Source: Verrucomicrobiota bacterium (lineage in GTDB: Bacteria; Verrucomicrobiota; Verrucomicrobiia; Opitutales; Seribacteraceae). From it: a stretch of 64,000 nucleotides of DNA. The notes below the pieces were generated by a model. That model was not told where the DNA came from. It made no database searches and saw only the letters and a list, made by a program, of their open reading frames with translations. The position numbers and the translations under genes were made by a program. Where the stretch lies: contig JAQBYT010000007.1 in assembly GCA_027622665.1 (NCBI GenBank), positions 80,299 through 144,298 on the forward strand, in the 5' to 3' direction. Of the stretch, positions 32,139 through 42,270 are shown in pieces. Numbering within the stretch: position 1 is the first letter of the stretch; each line of letters begins with the position of its first letter.

Positions 32139-35100
32139 TTACTTCGACAGAAATATATCGCTCTCTACAACCAAGTGGACGAGGTCGCGAAGGCGATCCT
32201 CTTTTTTGCCTAGCTCGGCGACAATGCGATCCACTTCTCCGCGATCGATCGTCTCGAGATGACGGCCGGTGGCATAGGTGAGCATCTTCTTTGTCAGGCA
32301 GCTAATGATCAGCGGTTTGCGTTCCATTAACATTTTCTTGAAGGCGACGATGTCGGCGATCTCTTCTCCGTTCGCCATGGTGGCCGAAGTGTCTATGGGC
32401 CCCTTGGCTCGCTTGTATCTTTCGCGCCAGCGGCCAACCACGTCGAAGTTTTCAAATGCAAATCCCATGGGGTCGATCTTAACGTGGCAACTGTTACAGG
32501 CTTCGTTTTTGCGATGTAATTCAAGCCGTTCCCGGATGGATGTTGCCTCTCGGGTATCCACGGGAAGGGGTTCTACATCGGGAGGGGGAGGGGATGGTGG
32601 TGTACCCAGTATGTTTTCCAGTACCCAAACTCCACGGACGACCGGTGAAGTGTCGACTCCGTTCGCCGTGGCGGTCATCAGGCCCGGTTGGGTGAATATG
32701 CCACCTCGGCGAGGATCGTCCAGTTTGACCTTCCGTAAGCGTTCGCCCCGGATTCCTTCCCTTTTGTAGATCCACTTGGCCAAGGTCTGGTTCATGTAGG
32801 TGTAATCGGAGTCGATGAACTGCTCGATACGTCCGTTGGTTTCCAGTATATCCGAAAAATAGGTCGTTACCTGCTTGGCCAGCATAGGTTCGACCTTGAG
32901 GTTCTTGTAGAACTGATAGTCACCGCCTGATGGGGGCATGTCTCCCAGTTTGTCAAGACGCAGCCAAGCTGATGGGAAATGGCGTACGAATGCCTCTGCC
33001 TTGGTATCCTTGAGCATGCGCTCCACTTGTCGACTGCGCTCCTTGGAGTCCTTGAGTTTCCCTGAGCGAGCTGCAGCAAACAATTCTTCGTCGGGCATGG
33101 AAGACCAGAGGAAGTAACTCATTCGGGAGGCAATACCGAAGGGATCGAGGCGACCGGGTTTTTCCTGAAGATAAAGGAACTGCGGCGAGCACATGATGGC
33201 GGCGTATCCATCCTGCATGGCCCGAATGAGAAGAGGCACTTCATTCGAAGGCTTTTTATTGTTCTGTTTCGAGTCTCGAAGGCTGTCTGTGGAAAGCTGG
33301 GAATGAGCCAGTCCCGGACCTCCCCAACCGGCCCTGAAGCTGTTGGGTTGGCCATAGGCGAAATACTCCACTCGAATCTCATGGTCTCCCTGTTCGAGTT
33401 TGACTTTACCCTTTTTCAGCTCGGCTCCGTGGAGGCCATCGTGCTCGACGACTTTTTTTCCGTCGATCAATAGGCGTCCACCGTCATCCGATGCGATCTC
33501 AAATACGTATTCGCCGGACTTGGGAGCCTTCAAGCTTCCCGTGAAGACCATGCCGTACTTTTCTTTTCGCTTGGAGACGCTCAGGTCGATGAATCCTTTA
33601 GGCAAGGTTCCTTCGGATATGGCTTCCAGAGTATCGAACTCGGGAAGTTTCTCCCATTGGCCTTCGTATACTCTGTACTTCAAATCTTTTATTCCACCCG
33701 GCAAGGTAACTACAGGCTCCACTTTCTGGCGTATGACAAGCTGTACGTATGGTTCCACCAGTTCGGGCTTAACGGACCTGCGAAAGGCTCGTTCTGCAAA
33801 GGTGGCCATGAGTTTTCTGATTTCCTCTTCCTTGCCCGAGCCGGAACCATACAGGGCGGTGTGGCTCTTGGGCGGCCAAGCCTCGAAAAGTGGCTCGACC
33901 GTTAGGCTGTAAACCCGGAGGTGAGGCCCCTTGTAACCGTCTTTTACCAATAGCTTGGCCAAATTGAATTGCCAGCGGTCGTGACCCTCCTTGTCGACCT
34001 TCTCGTCCGGACGGGAGAAGTAAGCATCGGGCATATATTTCTCCACAAGTTTCTCTGCCCGAAAGGTGCTATCGTCCGGGCCATTCTCCCAGCCAATCCA
34101 CGGGGCCCATCTCTTGTCCATCCATACTTCATGAGTGAAGGTCCTTTTCTTGCCATCGCCGAGAAGCGACCAAATGGCAAGGGGCTTGGAGGTCGGGCCG
34201 GCAATGCCTCCGTTTCCAGTGTCCGCGATATTTAGGCAAAGCTGAAAATCCTTGTCGGGGCCGAAATGAATCATCTCACCAAAAGGATGCTTCCCGTTGT
34301 GGGCGGATGCCTCTATAGTGATTCGGTAACGAGTGGCAACCCCGACGCCTTGCCGGAGTTTGGAGGGCGAAACGCGACCATCGCCCTTTGCCATCATGTC
34401 GAAGTCGGGGCTGAATTCACGGGAAACCGCCTCGACGGGATGTTCTCCCTGTCCCTTTCCTTCAATTAAATGCCCCGAGAAACGCCTCTTTTCCACCTTG
34501 GGTTTGACCTCGAGGTGGGTGGCTTGAGCAAGCACCTCTTCGGCTGCGTCGAGGGTCAGCTTCAAGAGGAAGTCCGACATGACCAGCTTGTCGCCCAAGT
34601 TGAAGAAGCCATCTTCCTCCTCATCCTCGGGAAAGAAGCGCAGGGGATCGTTGCCTGTGCGCTCGACACTTCCGTTTCCGTTGTTGTCCACCAGCTTAGC
34701 CCCCTCTGCATCGGGACTATATTCCGCGCCTTTTAGGTAGAGCAGGTCGCGAAAGGTGTTGCGAAGCTCATGTCGATTGAGTCTTCGGAGCACGGTTTGC
34801 CCTCCGGTACTTCGCCCCTTTTCGTAAGCTATTGCGAGTGCGTGGGTCAAGGATTCGACGACGTTCTTGACTTCCGACTGCTTGGGGCGAGGCTGTTTCT
34901 TTGGAGGCATTTCGCCGCGATTGAGTTGGTCGAGCATGCTTTGCCAAATCTCGAGATTCTCGATTTTCGCAAGATCTTTGCCGAGGGTGTCGAAGCGAAT
35001 GTCTCCCTTTTGTTTCTCGGGGCCGTGGCAGTCGTAGCAGTGTTGCTTGAGGAAGGGATCCAGCTTCTTTAGCGACTCGTCAGCACAGGCAAGCGAGCCA

Positions 35101-35171
35101 ATGAATAGAGTAGCAATGGCAGGAAGCAGTCCTGTTGCCCTGCGAACGAAGGAAGTATTCAATGATTTCAT
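32139..35171 (-). CDS. DUF1592/DUF1588-family (planctomycete cytochrome c) protein with inserted PA14 domain
   Basis: CYDCHG and CNSCH heme motifs, LRRLNRHE, SYFLWSSMPD, TSPVVRGVW, YATGR. Confidence 0.9.
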   Translation of the reverse strand: MKSLNTSFVRRATGLLPAIATLFIGSLACADESLKKLDPFLKQHCYDCHGPEKQKGDIRFDTLGKDLAKIENLEIWQSMLDQLNRGEMPPKKQPRPKQSEVKNVVESLTHALAIAYEKGRSTGGQTVLRRLNRHELRNTFRDLLYLKGAEYSPDAEGAKLVDNNGNGSVERTGNDPLRFFPEDEEEDGFFNLGDKLVMSDFLLKLTLDAAEEVLAQATHLEVKPKVEKRRFSGHLIEGKGQGEHPVEAVSREFSPDFDMMAKGDGRVSPSKLRQGVGVATRYRITIEASAHNGKHPFGEMIHFGPDKDFQLCLNIADTGNGGIAGPTSKPLAIWSLLGDGKKRTFTHEVWMDKRWAPWIGWENGPDDSTFRAEKLVEKYMPDAYFSRPDEKVDKEGHDRWQFNLAKLLVKDGYKGPHLRVYSLTVEPLFEAWPPKSHTALYGSGSGKEEEIRKLMATFAERAFRRSVKPELVEPYVQLVIRQKVEPVVTLPGGIKDLKYRVYEGQWEKLPEFDTLEAISEGTLPKGFIDLSVSKRKEKYGMVFTGSLKAPKSGEYVFEIASDDGGRLLIDGKKVVEHDGLHGAELKKGKVKLEQGDHEIRVEYFAYGQPNSFRAGWGGPGLAHSQLSTDSLRDSKQNNKKPSNEVPLLIRAMQDGYAAIMCSPQFLYLQEKPGRLDPFGIASRMSYFLWSSMPDEELFAAARSGKLKDSKERSRQVERMLKDTKAEAFVRHFPSAWLRLDKLGDMPPSGGDYQFYKNLKVEPMLAKQVTTYFSDILETNGRIEQFIDSDYTYMNQTLAKWIYKREGIRGERLRKVKLDDPRRGGIFTQPGLMTATANGVDTSPVVRGVWVLENILGTPPSPPPPDVEPLPVDTREATSIRERLELHRKNEACNSCHVKIDPMGFAFENFDVVGRWRERYKRAKGPIDTSATMANGEEIADIVAFKKMLMERKPLIISCLTKKMLTYATGRHLETIDRGEVDRIVAELGKKEDRLRDLVHLVVESDIFLSK

Positions 35172-35220
35172 GATCACTCAAGACCACCGTCCGAAAGTTG
35201 ACAGTCCTCGCCCACGTAAT

Positions 35221-36546
35221 CTAGGACCATTCCAAGCCGGACAGCGTTCCTGTGCTGGAACCGAATCGATCGATTTCCAGTCCCGAGTTCTGAAGAATGG
35301 AAAGCAGTAGGTTTGCGGCAGGCACCTCGGATACGCCTTCGGCTAGTCGTTTTTCCTGACTGACCAATCTGTCGGAACTCTTCAAGTCCTTTAGATGCGG
35401 TCCTGGGTAAACCTTGTGTTCGCCGTGCTTAAAACCTCCACCGGCCAGAACTAGTGGGAGGTTCCTGGTGGAATGCCCCCCCGTTGCCATTCCGCATCCG
35501 TATAGAATGGAGGTGTGATCGAATAACGTGCCACCGTTTATGGGGTCTTCCTGTGCCTTGAGAAGGTCTACTAGGTAGGACATCATGGAAACCTGAAAAC
35601 CTTCGATTTTCTTTAAAGCGGCCACCGGCTCGGATTTCTCGCCGTGGTGAGAGAAATCGTGATAGCCACCGTTAAGGCCAAAATCGCCATTTGCGAAACC
35701 GCTTGTGCAGGTGATTGCCCGAGTGGAATCCGTCTGTATGGCAAGGGCAATGATTTCGATCATGGCCTTGAGCTGTTCTTCCGTACGATTCCCCGGTTTT
35801 GGTTCCTCCGTCTCGGGTTTTGGCTTGGGGCGTTTGAGCCAAGGTTCCTGCTGGTCGATCTTCTTTTCCAAGGTGCGAACCGAGTCGAAGTACTCCTCGA
35901 GTTTACGCTGGTCGTTTTTGCCAAGTTTCCCGTTCAGGGATTTCGCCTGGTCCATGACTACGTCGAGAATGCTGTTCTGCCGTTTGAAACGTTCGGCTTC
36001 GGAGGCCTTCTTCTGTGGGGTATCCTCAAAGAACATCGCCTTATAAGCGGCCCGCATATCCATGTTGGGCACCTGTACTCCGGTTCGAGTGAAACTGAGC
36101 AAGTTGCGTTCGCGTACTCCGAGGGTCATCGATGGGAAGCGGGTGGCGGCTCCATGATGCTCGGCCAGCTTCTGGTCGAGGCTGATGTTCCCTTCGGGGT
36201 AATTGTGGGCCAATATCGGACGTATGCCGCTAAGGAATACGGGAACTCCCTGGTGACCTCCCGTGAAGCCATGGTCGAGATTCTGGAACAAAGTGATGTC
36301 CTTGCGGTGCTTTTCCAGCGACTTCAAGGTTTCGGGCATGTCGTAGTTTGGCCCGGGCTGATTCACGTCCGGAAAGAAAGCCTTTTGGTAAACCCCGTAG
36401 TTGTTGGATAGGCAGACGAATCGCTTTACCGGCTTGCCATTGGCTGCAGCGGCCAAGGCGGGGGGAGTCAAGGACTCCATCAACGGCAGGGCCATCGCGA
36501 CGCCTGCGCCTCTTAGAAAACTTCGTCTATTTAAATTTGTGTCCAT
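35221..36546 (-). CDS. DUF1552 family protein
   Basis: RRSFLRGAGVAMALP Tat-like signal, ISLDQ, HSTRNLP, FGSSTG; usual partner of DUF1592. Confidence 0.9.
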   Translation of the reverse strand: MDTNLNRRSFLRGAGVAMALPLMESLTPPALAAAANGKPVKRFVCLSNNYGVYQKAFFPDVNQPGPNYDMPETLKSLEKHRKDITLFQNLDHGFTGGHQGVPVFLSGIRPILAHNYPEGNISLDQKLAEHHGAATRFPSMTLGVRERNLLSFTRTGVQVPNMDMRAAYKAMFFEDTPQKKASEAERFKRQNSILDVVMDQAKSLNGKLGKNDQRKLEEYFDSVRTLEKKIDQQEPWLKRPKPKPETEEPKPGNRTEEQLKAMIEIIALAIQTDSTRAITCTSGFANGDFGLNGGYHDFSHHGEKSEPVAALKKIEGFQVSMMSYLVDLLKAQEDPINGGTLFDHTSILYGCGMATGGHSTRNLPLVLAGGGFKHGEHKVYPGPHLKDLKSSDRLVSQEKRLAEGVSEVPAANLLLSILQNSGLEIDRFGSSTGTLSGLEWS

Positions 36547-36917
36547 CTCCTATAAATCTCCTTTGAGTACAGGTTACTACAGCTTCTAGAACTATAACTA
36601 ATCATCTTGAATAAAAAGCTTGGCATTTCAAGGCATTAAAAGCCTCGTTCATCAAATTCATTTTGGGGCTCAGTCACTAGGAACCTTGTTTATGGTAAGG
36701 TATACCAACTCGTCGAATCCGGAGCCATCGGCCGCATCCGGAATCGTCCGCATCCGGAATCGTCCAATTTCTCGAGGATGGCCCGGTGGTCCACGGAGTT
36801 TGTTTCCGTCTCGGCTCCCAGTCCCGATGCCAAGAGCGAGTGTGCAAAAAATGGCTGGCTGCTTTCACCATCATTTCGTTGAAATTCTTTCTTATGCTTG
36901 GTTCTGAGAAAGAGGCG

Positions 36918-37442
36918 TCACTCCTTTACCGGCCCGATCAGCTCCACGAAGTTGCCGTCGGGGTCGTGAAAGACCGTGATCCGCATCTTGCCCCCGAGCG
37001 AGGCCGGGGTTTCTCCGAGTGTCTTAACCTTGGCCTTCTTCAAGCGATCGAGGGCATCGTCCATGTCGGCTACGCGAAGAGTAAGGTAGCTTATACCGAT
37101 GGTGGAGTGAATGAACTTCTGGTCGGGTTTGGCTCCGGGGCGTTTTGGAAACGCCATGATCTTAAGCCGGGCAGAATCCGGCGAATCGCCCAGCACGAAC
37201 ACCCTGACCTTCGCCGGCTGGTTGTCGGTGAGCCCGAATTGGGTCGCCTTCTCGGCCGAAGCCTCGAACCCCTTCACTTCCTTCAAGCCCACCACCTCGG
37301 TGTAGAACTTCACCGTGCGTTCAAGATCCTCCGCCACCATCCCGACGTCGACGATACCCTTGGCGAACTTGGCCGGTTCCCCGACAAGCGGAGACAGGCA
37401 GCATGAAAGTGTCAGAAGAAGGGAAACTATAGGTGTTTTCAT
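36918..37442 (-). CDS. VOC/glyoxalase family protein, secreted
   Basis: DLERTVKFYTEVVG, DPDGNFVELI. Confidence 0.88.
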   Translation of the reverse strand: MKTPIVSLLLTLSCCLSPLVGEPAKFAKGIVDVGMVAEDLERTVKFYTEVVGLKEVKGFEASAEKATQFGLTDNQPAKVRVFVLGDSPDSARLKIMAFPKRPGAKPDQKFIHSTIGISYLTLRVADMDDALDRLKKAKVKTLGETPASLGGKMRITVFHDPDGNFVELIGPVKE

Positions 37443-37550
37443 TGCTTTTCGATAAACGTGGACACGAACAGATGCAAGGTCGCTTGATGGAGAGCCTCTA
37501 ACTTTTTAGACGAGGGGGATTTCACCTCTTGGTGTTGGAGAAGAACGGAG

Positions 37551-38300
37551 TTAATCGGCCAAGAGCTTCTCGACTTTTTCTTCCAGATTGGTCCTTGCTT
37601 TCTTATCCACTAGGTTGCCCTCTTTGTCTACCAGCCACATGGCGGGGATGCTTCGAATGCCGTGTTGTGTGGATATTTTGTTCTTCCAGCCTTTGCCGTC
37701 GAAATACTGGGGCCATGGCATGTCCTTCTTCTTGATGAATTGCGTGAGCTTGTCCTCGTTCGAATCGAGCGATATTCCAATGATTTCGAAGCCCTTGGAA
37801 TGAAGCTTCTCATAGGTCTTCTTGACGTTCGGTATCTCCGCTACGCATGGCCCGCACCAAGTGGCCCAAAAATCAATGAGCACCACTTTTCCCTTCATTT
37901 TAGCCAAGTCGACTTCGGTGCCGTCGGTCGCCGTGAACTTCATGTCCAGCCCCTTGCCCAGTGCCTTATCCTTCGGAGGAGCCACCTTCTTGCCCGAGAT
38001 CTCTTCAATTAGTTTTCCGACCAGAGCCAGACTCTTGCGGCAGCTTGTGTCGTCGTTGCGGCATTCGGCAAGAGTCAGTTTACAGCCGCAATCGCACATC
38101 TCGGCATTTGCGCGCTTCAGGATGATAGTTTTCTGTTCTGCGGTGAAGTCGGACAAGTCTACTTCGGGCATCTTGGTGAAGTTCGTCGGCTTTTTGAGGA
38201 CTGTCGCCTTTTTCGTCTCTTTCTCGGCTTCTTCCTTTTGTTTCTGGCCGTACATTGCCAAAGTCAAAGCAACCATTAAAATTATTATTAAGGTTTTCAT
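37551..38300 (-). CDS. TlpA-family thiol-disulfide oxidoreductase with Cys-rich N-domain
   Basis: GKVVLIDFWATWCGPC, SIP cis-Pro loop; CDCGC...C......C upstream. Confidence 0.9.
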   Translation of the reverse strand: MKTLIIILMVALTLAMYGQKQKEEAEKETKKATVLKKPTNFTKMPEVDLSDFTAEQKTIILKRANAEMCDCGCKLTLAECRNDDTSCRKSLALVGKLIEEISGKKVAPPKDKALGKGLDMKFTATDGTEVDLAKMKGKVVLIDFWATWCGPCVAEIPNVKKTYEKLHSKGFEIIGISLDSNEDKLTQFIKKKDMPWPQYFDGKGWKNKISTQHGIRSIPAMWLVDKEGNLVDKKARTNLEEKVEKLLAD

Positions 38301-38370
38301 AATGCGGCTTTCCTTTGGATTAGTTATATTGGGTCTGCGTTGGACCTAGCCCTAAGCTAATGGAGAATGT

Positions 38371-39717
38371 TTATCTGGCTTTATTTCCTGTCTTCCACGG
38401 CCCCGTGATGGCCAGGGTGAGACCACGGTGCTGGATGTTTACGAAGAGGGTGGACCCGTCCGGGGAGAAGGCGGCACCCGCCAATTCGCTTCCGCCTGAT
38501 GAATTGCGGGCCAGTTTGTAGAACTTCCCCTTGGGAGTGACGCCGACCAAGTATTGTTTGCCGCCTCCGTCCTCGCAGAGGATTACGTCGCCCCACGGAG
38601 CTACGGTCAAGTTGTCGCAGTTGTCGACCACGTCCTTGTCGTTCGGTTCGGCGAAGAGTTCGAGTTCGTCGCCCTTCAGCTTCCATACCTGCCCGTGTTT
38701 CTTTTTTCCGCCATTGGTGCAGGTGAAGTAGATTCCGTCGTTGCCGTACCACATTCCCTCACCGCGAGCGAATCGAGCGGCCCCTGCGGCAAAGCCTCGG
38801 AACCTGAGGTCGTCCTTGGGGGACTCCACATCGTCGATATCCATCCATGTGACTGCGATCTTTTCGCCAAGCCGAACGGTGGTCTTTTCCCAGTTTCGGG
38901 TGTCCAGGCTCTTCTGCCCGGTTGCCACTAGTGCTTGGAGTTTTCCTCCTTGGGCAAGCTTGCCCGCAACCTTGGGAAGGAAACGGTAAATCAATCCATC
39001 GTGCCTGTCCTCGGTTTCGTAGACGTAACCGGTGTCGGGATCGACGGCGATGGCCTCGTGGTTGAAGCGTCCCATGCCCTTGAGCGGGATGGGGTCGGCA
39101 AGTTTCGGTTGGTCTGTCGCGGGTACTTCGAAGCACCAGCCGTGATCCATGGCGCAAAGTTTTCCCGCCTTTTCCACGGTTTCCTCGCAGGTCACCCAGC
39201 TATCCCATGGAGTTGGACCGCCGGCGCAGTTTCGGAGGGTGCCGGCGAGACTGAGGAATTGTCGGACCACCTTCTGCTTCTTCGTGTCGTAGACTACGGT
39301 CGATGTGCCGCCGAGGGAAGGCGCTCCCTTGCCGGAGTCGTACATGCGCTTGCGCAATTCATCTGTTAGGTTTTTGTTGCCGGAGCCGAATGCTCCACCC
39401 TTTGCTCCTGTACCGGCATTCACCTCATGGTTGCGCACGAGCAAGGTGAGACCATCCGGACCCTTGAAGGTCGCCATGCCGTCGGGGGCTCCGGGAAGGT
39501 TTAGGCCGTCGTCCATTTTTTCACCGGCTCTGCCGATGATCTTATAGGAAAAGCCCTTTGGCAGGTCGATTACGTCCTCCGGATCGGATTGGAGGTCTCC
39601 ATAACCGGTTATTGCTTGGCTTTCTTTTTTGGCAGCGCAGGCGCTGAAGGAGCGTAGACCTGCGAAACCGATTGCCGTGGCCGAGGCGTTGAGGAGGAAT
39701 TGGCGTCTTGCTTTCAT
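38371..39717 (-). CDS. PhoX/DUF839 family alkaline phosphatase
   Basis: Tat signal RRQFL, PDGMA, RNHE, NCAGG.TPW...TCEE, GRFNHEA, FSPDG. Confidence 0.88.
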   Translation of the reverse strand: MKARRQFLLNASATAIGFAGLRSFSACAAKKESQAITGYGDLQSDPEDVIDLPKGFSYKIIGRAGEKMDDGLNLPGAPDGMATFKGPDGLTLLVRNHEVNAGTGAKGGAFGSGNKNLTDELRKRMYDSGKGAPSLGGTSTVVYDTKKQKVVRQFLSLAGTLRNCAGGPTPWDSWVTCEETVEKAGKLCAMDHGWCFEVPATDQPKLADPIPLKGMGRFNHEAIAVDPDTGYVYETEDRHDGLIYRFLPKVAGKLAQGGKLQALVATGQKSLDTRNWEKTTVRLGEKIAVTWMDIDDVESPKDDLRFRGFAAGAARFARGEGMWYGNDGIYFTCTNGGKKKHGQVWKLKGDELELFAEPNDKDVVDNCDNLTVAPWGDVILCEDGGGKQYLVGVTPKGKFYKLARNSSGGSELAGAAFSPDGSTLFVNIQHRGLTLAITGPWKTGNKAR

Positions 39718-40109
39718 GATATCTTGGTAATGGGAAAGGTGCTGGCCAGTACGACTTGTTCATCGATCTCAATGAGAATCGAATAATTGCCCTCCACTTC
39801 GAACTTGAGGCGTTGGATATCGTTGATGAGATTAATCCTGTGATGGGGGCCGGGTGACTCGAATCTCTTCTCTATGATGGTGCGCGGAGATTCGTCCGAC
39901 ATGGGAATACCGATCGTCATTTTGAGATCGTGCTTACCTGCGGGGAGGTCCGAGAAGGACAGAAACCAGATCATGCGCGGGTGCACCACGGGGAATTCCT
40001 TGGCCCGCAGGTTGGAGAAGATGCCGAGCAGGGTATGTTTTCCCGTTGCCGGATCGACGTAGACGGAATCGCAGGTGATCCATGCGAGAATTTGTGGTTT
40101 CGTTGACAT
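39714..40109 (-). CDS. DUF6941-like hypothetical protein
   Basis: CDSVYVDPATGKHTLLGIF...F...G.YSI. Confidence 0.7.
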   Translation of the reverse strand: MSTKPQILAWITCDSVYVDPATGKHTLLGIFSNLRAKEFPVVHPRMIWFLSFSDLPAGKHDLKMTIGIPMSDESPRTIIEKRFESPGPHHRINLINDIQRLKFEVEGNYSILIEIDEQVVLASTFPITKIS

Positions 40110-40116
40110 CGACTTT

Positions 40117-42234
40117 TTAGTTGACCGATAGGCCACTGCGGACGAGTAGAGCATCGGGATCGGGGTCGCGCCCCATGAAGTCGCGGAAGAGTTCGTCGGC
40201 CGGTTTGGAGTTTCCCTTGCTAAGGATGCAGGTGCGGAAGGATCGACCGGTGTCGCCATTCATTACGCCTTCCTTCTTGAAACGGGTGAAGGCGTCCGCG
40301 TCCAGAACCTCTGCCCACTTGTACGAGTAGTAAGCGCAAGCATAGCCGACGGGACTGCCAAAGAGGTGACTGAAGCGGCGCACCATGCTGGGCGGTTTCG
40401 TTTTACGCTGTGCGACATATGCTTGCAGGACTTCGTCGAGCGACTCGTCCAGATTGTCGTAGCCGGTCACGGACAGTTTTCGGTGTAGTTCCAAGTCCAT
40501 CTTCCCAAGGCAAAGTTGTCGCATCATTGCATTGGCCGTCATGTAGTTGCGGGCTCGCAACATTTTTTGGAAGAGTTCGTCCGGGATCGCTTCACCTGTC
40601 TCATGATGGAGGGCGAAGAGATCGAGGCTGTCTCGTTCCCAGCACCAGTTCTCCATGATTTGGGATGGAAGCTCAACGAAGTCCCAAGCCACGTTCACGC
40701 CGCTCAGGCTCTTGTGTTTCACTTCGCTGCAAAGATGGTGAAGCAAGTGCCCGAATTCATGAAATACGGTTTCCACTTCACGATGGGTGAGGAGGGCGGG
40801 CTTGCCTTCCGTCGAGGCCGTCATGTTCCCGCACATGAGACCGAGATGGGGACCTAGAGCGGAACCGTCTTCCCCTGGTTCTCCGGTCTTCAAGAAATTC
40901 ATCCAGGCTCCCGCCCGTTTGCTTTCCCGTGGATGCCAGTCGGCATAGAAGGATCCAAGATGCCTGCCATTTTCGTTGTCGTATATCTCGTAGAATTTTA
41001 CTTCGGGATGCCAGACGGGGACGGTTTCTTTCTCGTCGCCATCAAGAACGTTGGCGGGTTGGTCGTCGAAGCTTGTTGAGCGTTCCTCAATGCGGAGTCC
41101 GAAAATATTGGAAACCAGAGAAAACATTCCCGAAAGCACCGAATCGATAGGGAAGTATGGGCGCAGTTCCTCTTCATCGAAAGCATACATGTCCTGTTTT
41201 TGCTTTTCCGCCCAATAGGATACTTCCCAAGGTTCCAGCAAACTGTTTTCACTTTCCGTTTTTTGTGCCTTGAATGCTTCCAGTTCTTTGTTTTCCCGGG
41301 TAAATGCTCCCGCCGTCTTGTCGCGCAGGTCGGAAACGAAGGCATCGGCCTTTTGTCCGTTCTTTGCCATGCGGCGAGAAAGCACCACTTCGGCGAAATT
41401 ATCTTTTCCGAGCAAGGTCGCCTTCTCCAGTCGCAGATTGAGAATTTTGTCGATGACCTCGGTGTTTTCCCATTCGTCCTGCCAACCGACCTTGGTCGAG
41501 GCTTCCCATATTTCTTTCCTTATGGAGTCGTCTTCCAAGTATTCAAGGACAGGAGAGATGGAAGGCGCTTGCAAGGTGAAGCGCCAGCAGGGTTCGTCGC
41601 CCTCCTTTTGTTCCAACTTGTCTCTCGCGGATTGACGGGCGGCGTCCATGGCGCTGTCGGGAAGGCCTGCCAGTTTACTTTCGTCTCTAATGATCAAATC
41701 CCACGCATTCGTGGAATCGAGAACGTTTTCGGAGAACTTTTGAGTGATCTTCGCCAATTCTTCCGAGATGGCTTCCAACCTGTCGCGCTTCTCTTGCGAA
41801 AGGTCGGCTCCCGCCTCTCGGAAGTCGATCATGGTTTCCTCGAATAGACGTTTGTCGGTATCCGTCAGTTCTTTCGCTTCCTCCGTTTCCGCGAAAGCCT
41901 GCAAGGCAGACCAAATATCGGGGTCCAAGGCGATTTTTGCTTCGAAGGCCGAAACTTTAGGCAGCATTTCATTGTGGGCCACTCGAAGCTCGTCGGAATT
42001 GCAGACGGAATCAAGGTGCGACACCTTCCCCCAGCAGTCGTCGAGCCCGGCTGTTGCTTGCTCCAAGGCTTTCACCACGTTTCCGAAGGTGACTTCGCCT
42101 GGAACGAGGGCCCGTATGGCGGCAAGGTTCTTTTCGGCTAACTCGATCGCGAGGGTTGTGTCCGGCTCGATGCGGGCAGGAGTAAGTTGAGACCAATCGG
42201 GGTGAAAGGAATCGTCGAGGAAGGGATTGCTCAT
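40117..42234 (-). CDS. prlC: Oligopeptidase A (M3 family)
   Basis: FHEFGHLLH, WDFVELPSQIMENW, YYSYKWAEVLDADAF. Confidence 0.95.
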   Translation of the reverse strand: MSNPFLDDSFHPDWSQLTPARIEPDTTLAIELAEKNLAAIRALVPGEVTFGNVVKALEQATAGLDDCWGKVSHLDSVCNSDELRVAHNEMLPKVSAFEAKIALDPDIWSALQAFAETEEAKELTDTDKRLFEETMIDFREAGADLSQEKRDRLEAISEELAKITQKFSENVLDSTNAWDLIIRDESKLAGLPDSAMDAARQSARDKLEQKEGDEPCWRFTLQAPSISPVLEYLEDDSIRKEIWEASTKVGWQDEWENTEVIDKILNLRLEKATLLGKDNFAEVVLSRRMAKNGQKADAFVSDLRDKTAGAFTRENKELEAFKAQKTESENSLLEPWEVSYWAEKQKQDMYAFDEEELRPYFPIDSVLSGMFSLVSNIFGLRIEERSTSFDDQPANVLDGDEKETVPVWHPEVKFYEIYDNENGRHLGSFYADWHPRESKRAGAWMNFLKTGEPGEDGSALGPHLGLMCGNMTASTEGKPALLTHREVETVFHEFGHLLHHLCSEVKHKSLSGVNVAWDFVELPSQIMENWCWERDSLDLFALHHETGEAIPDELFQKMLRARNYMTANAMMRQLCLGKMDLELHRKLSVTGYDNLDESLDEVLQAYVAQRKTKPPSMVRRFSHLFGSPVGYACAYYSYKWAEVLDADAFTRFKKEGVMNGDTGRSFRTCILSKGNSKPADELFRDFMGRDPDPDALLVRSGLSVN

Positions 42235-42270
42235 GTTGATTCGTTTACTTGTTATATAATAATGGTGAGA

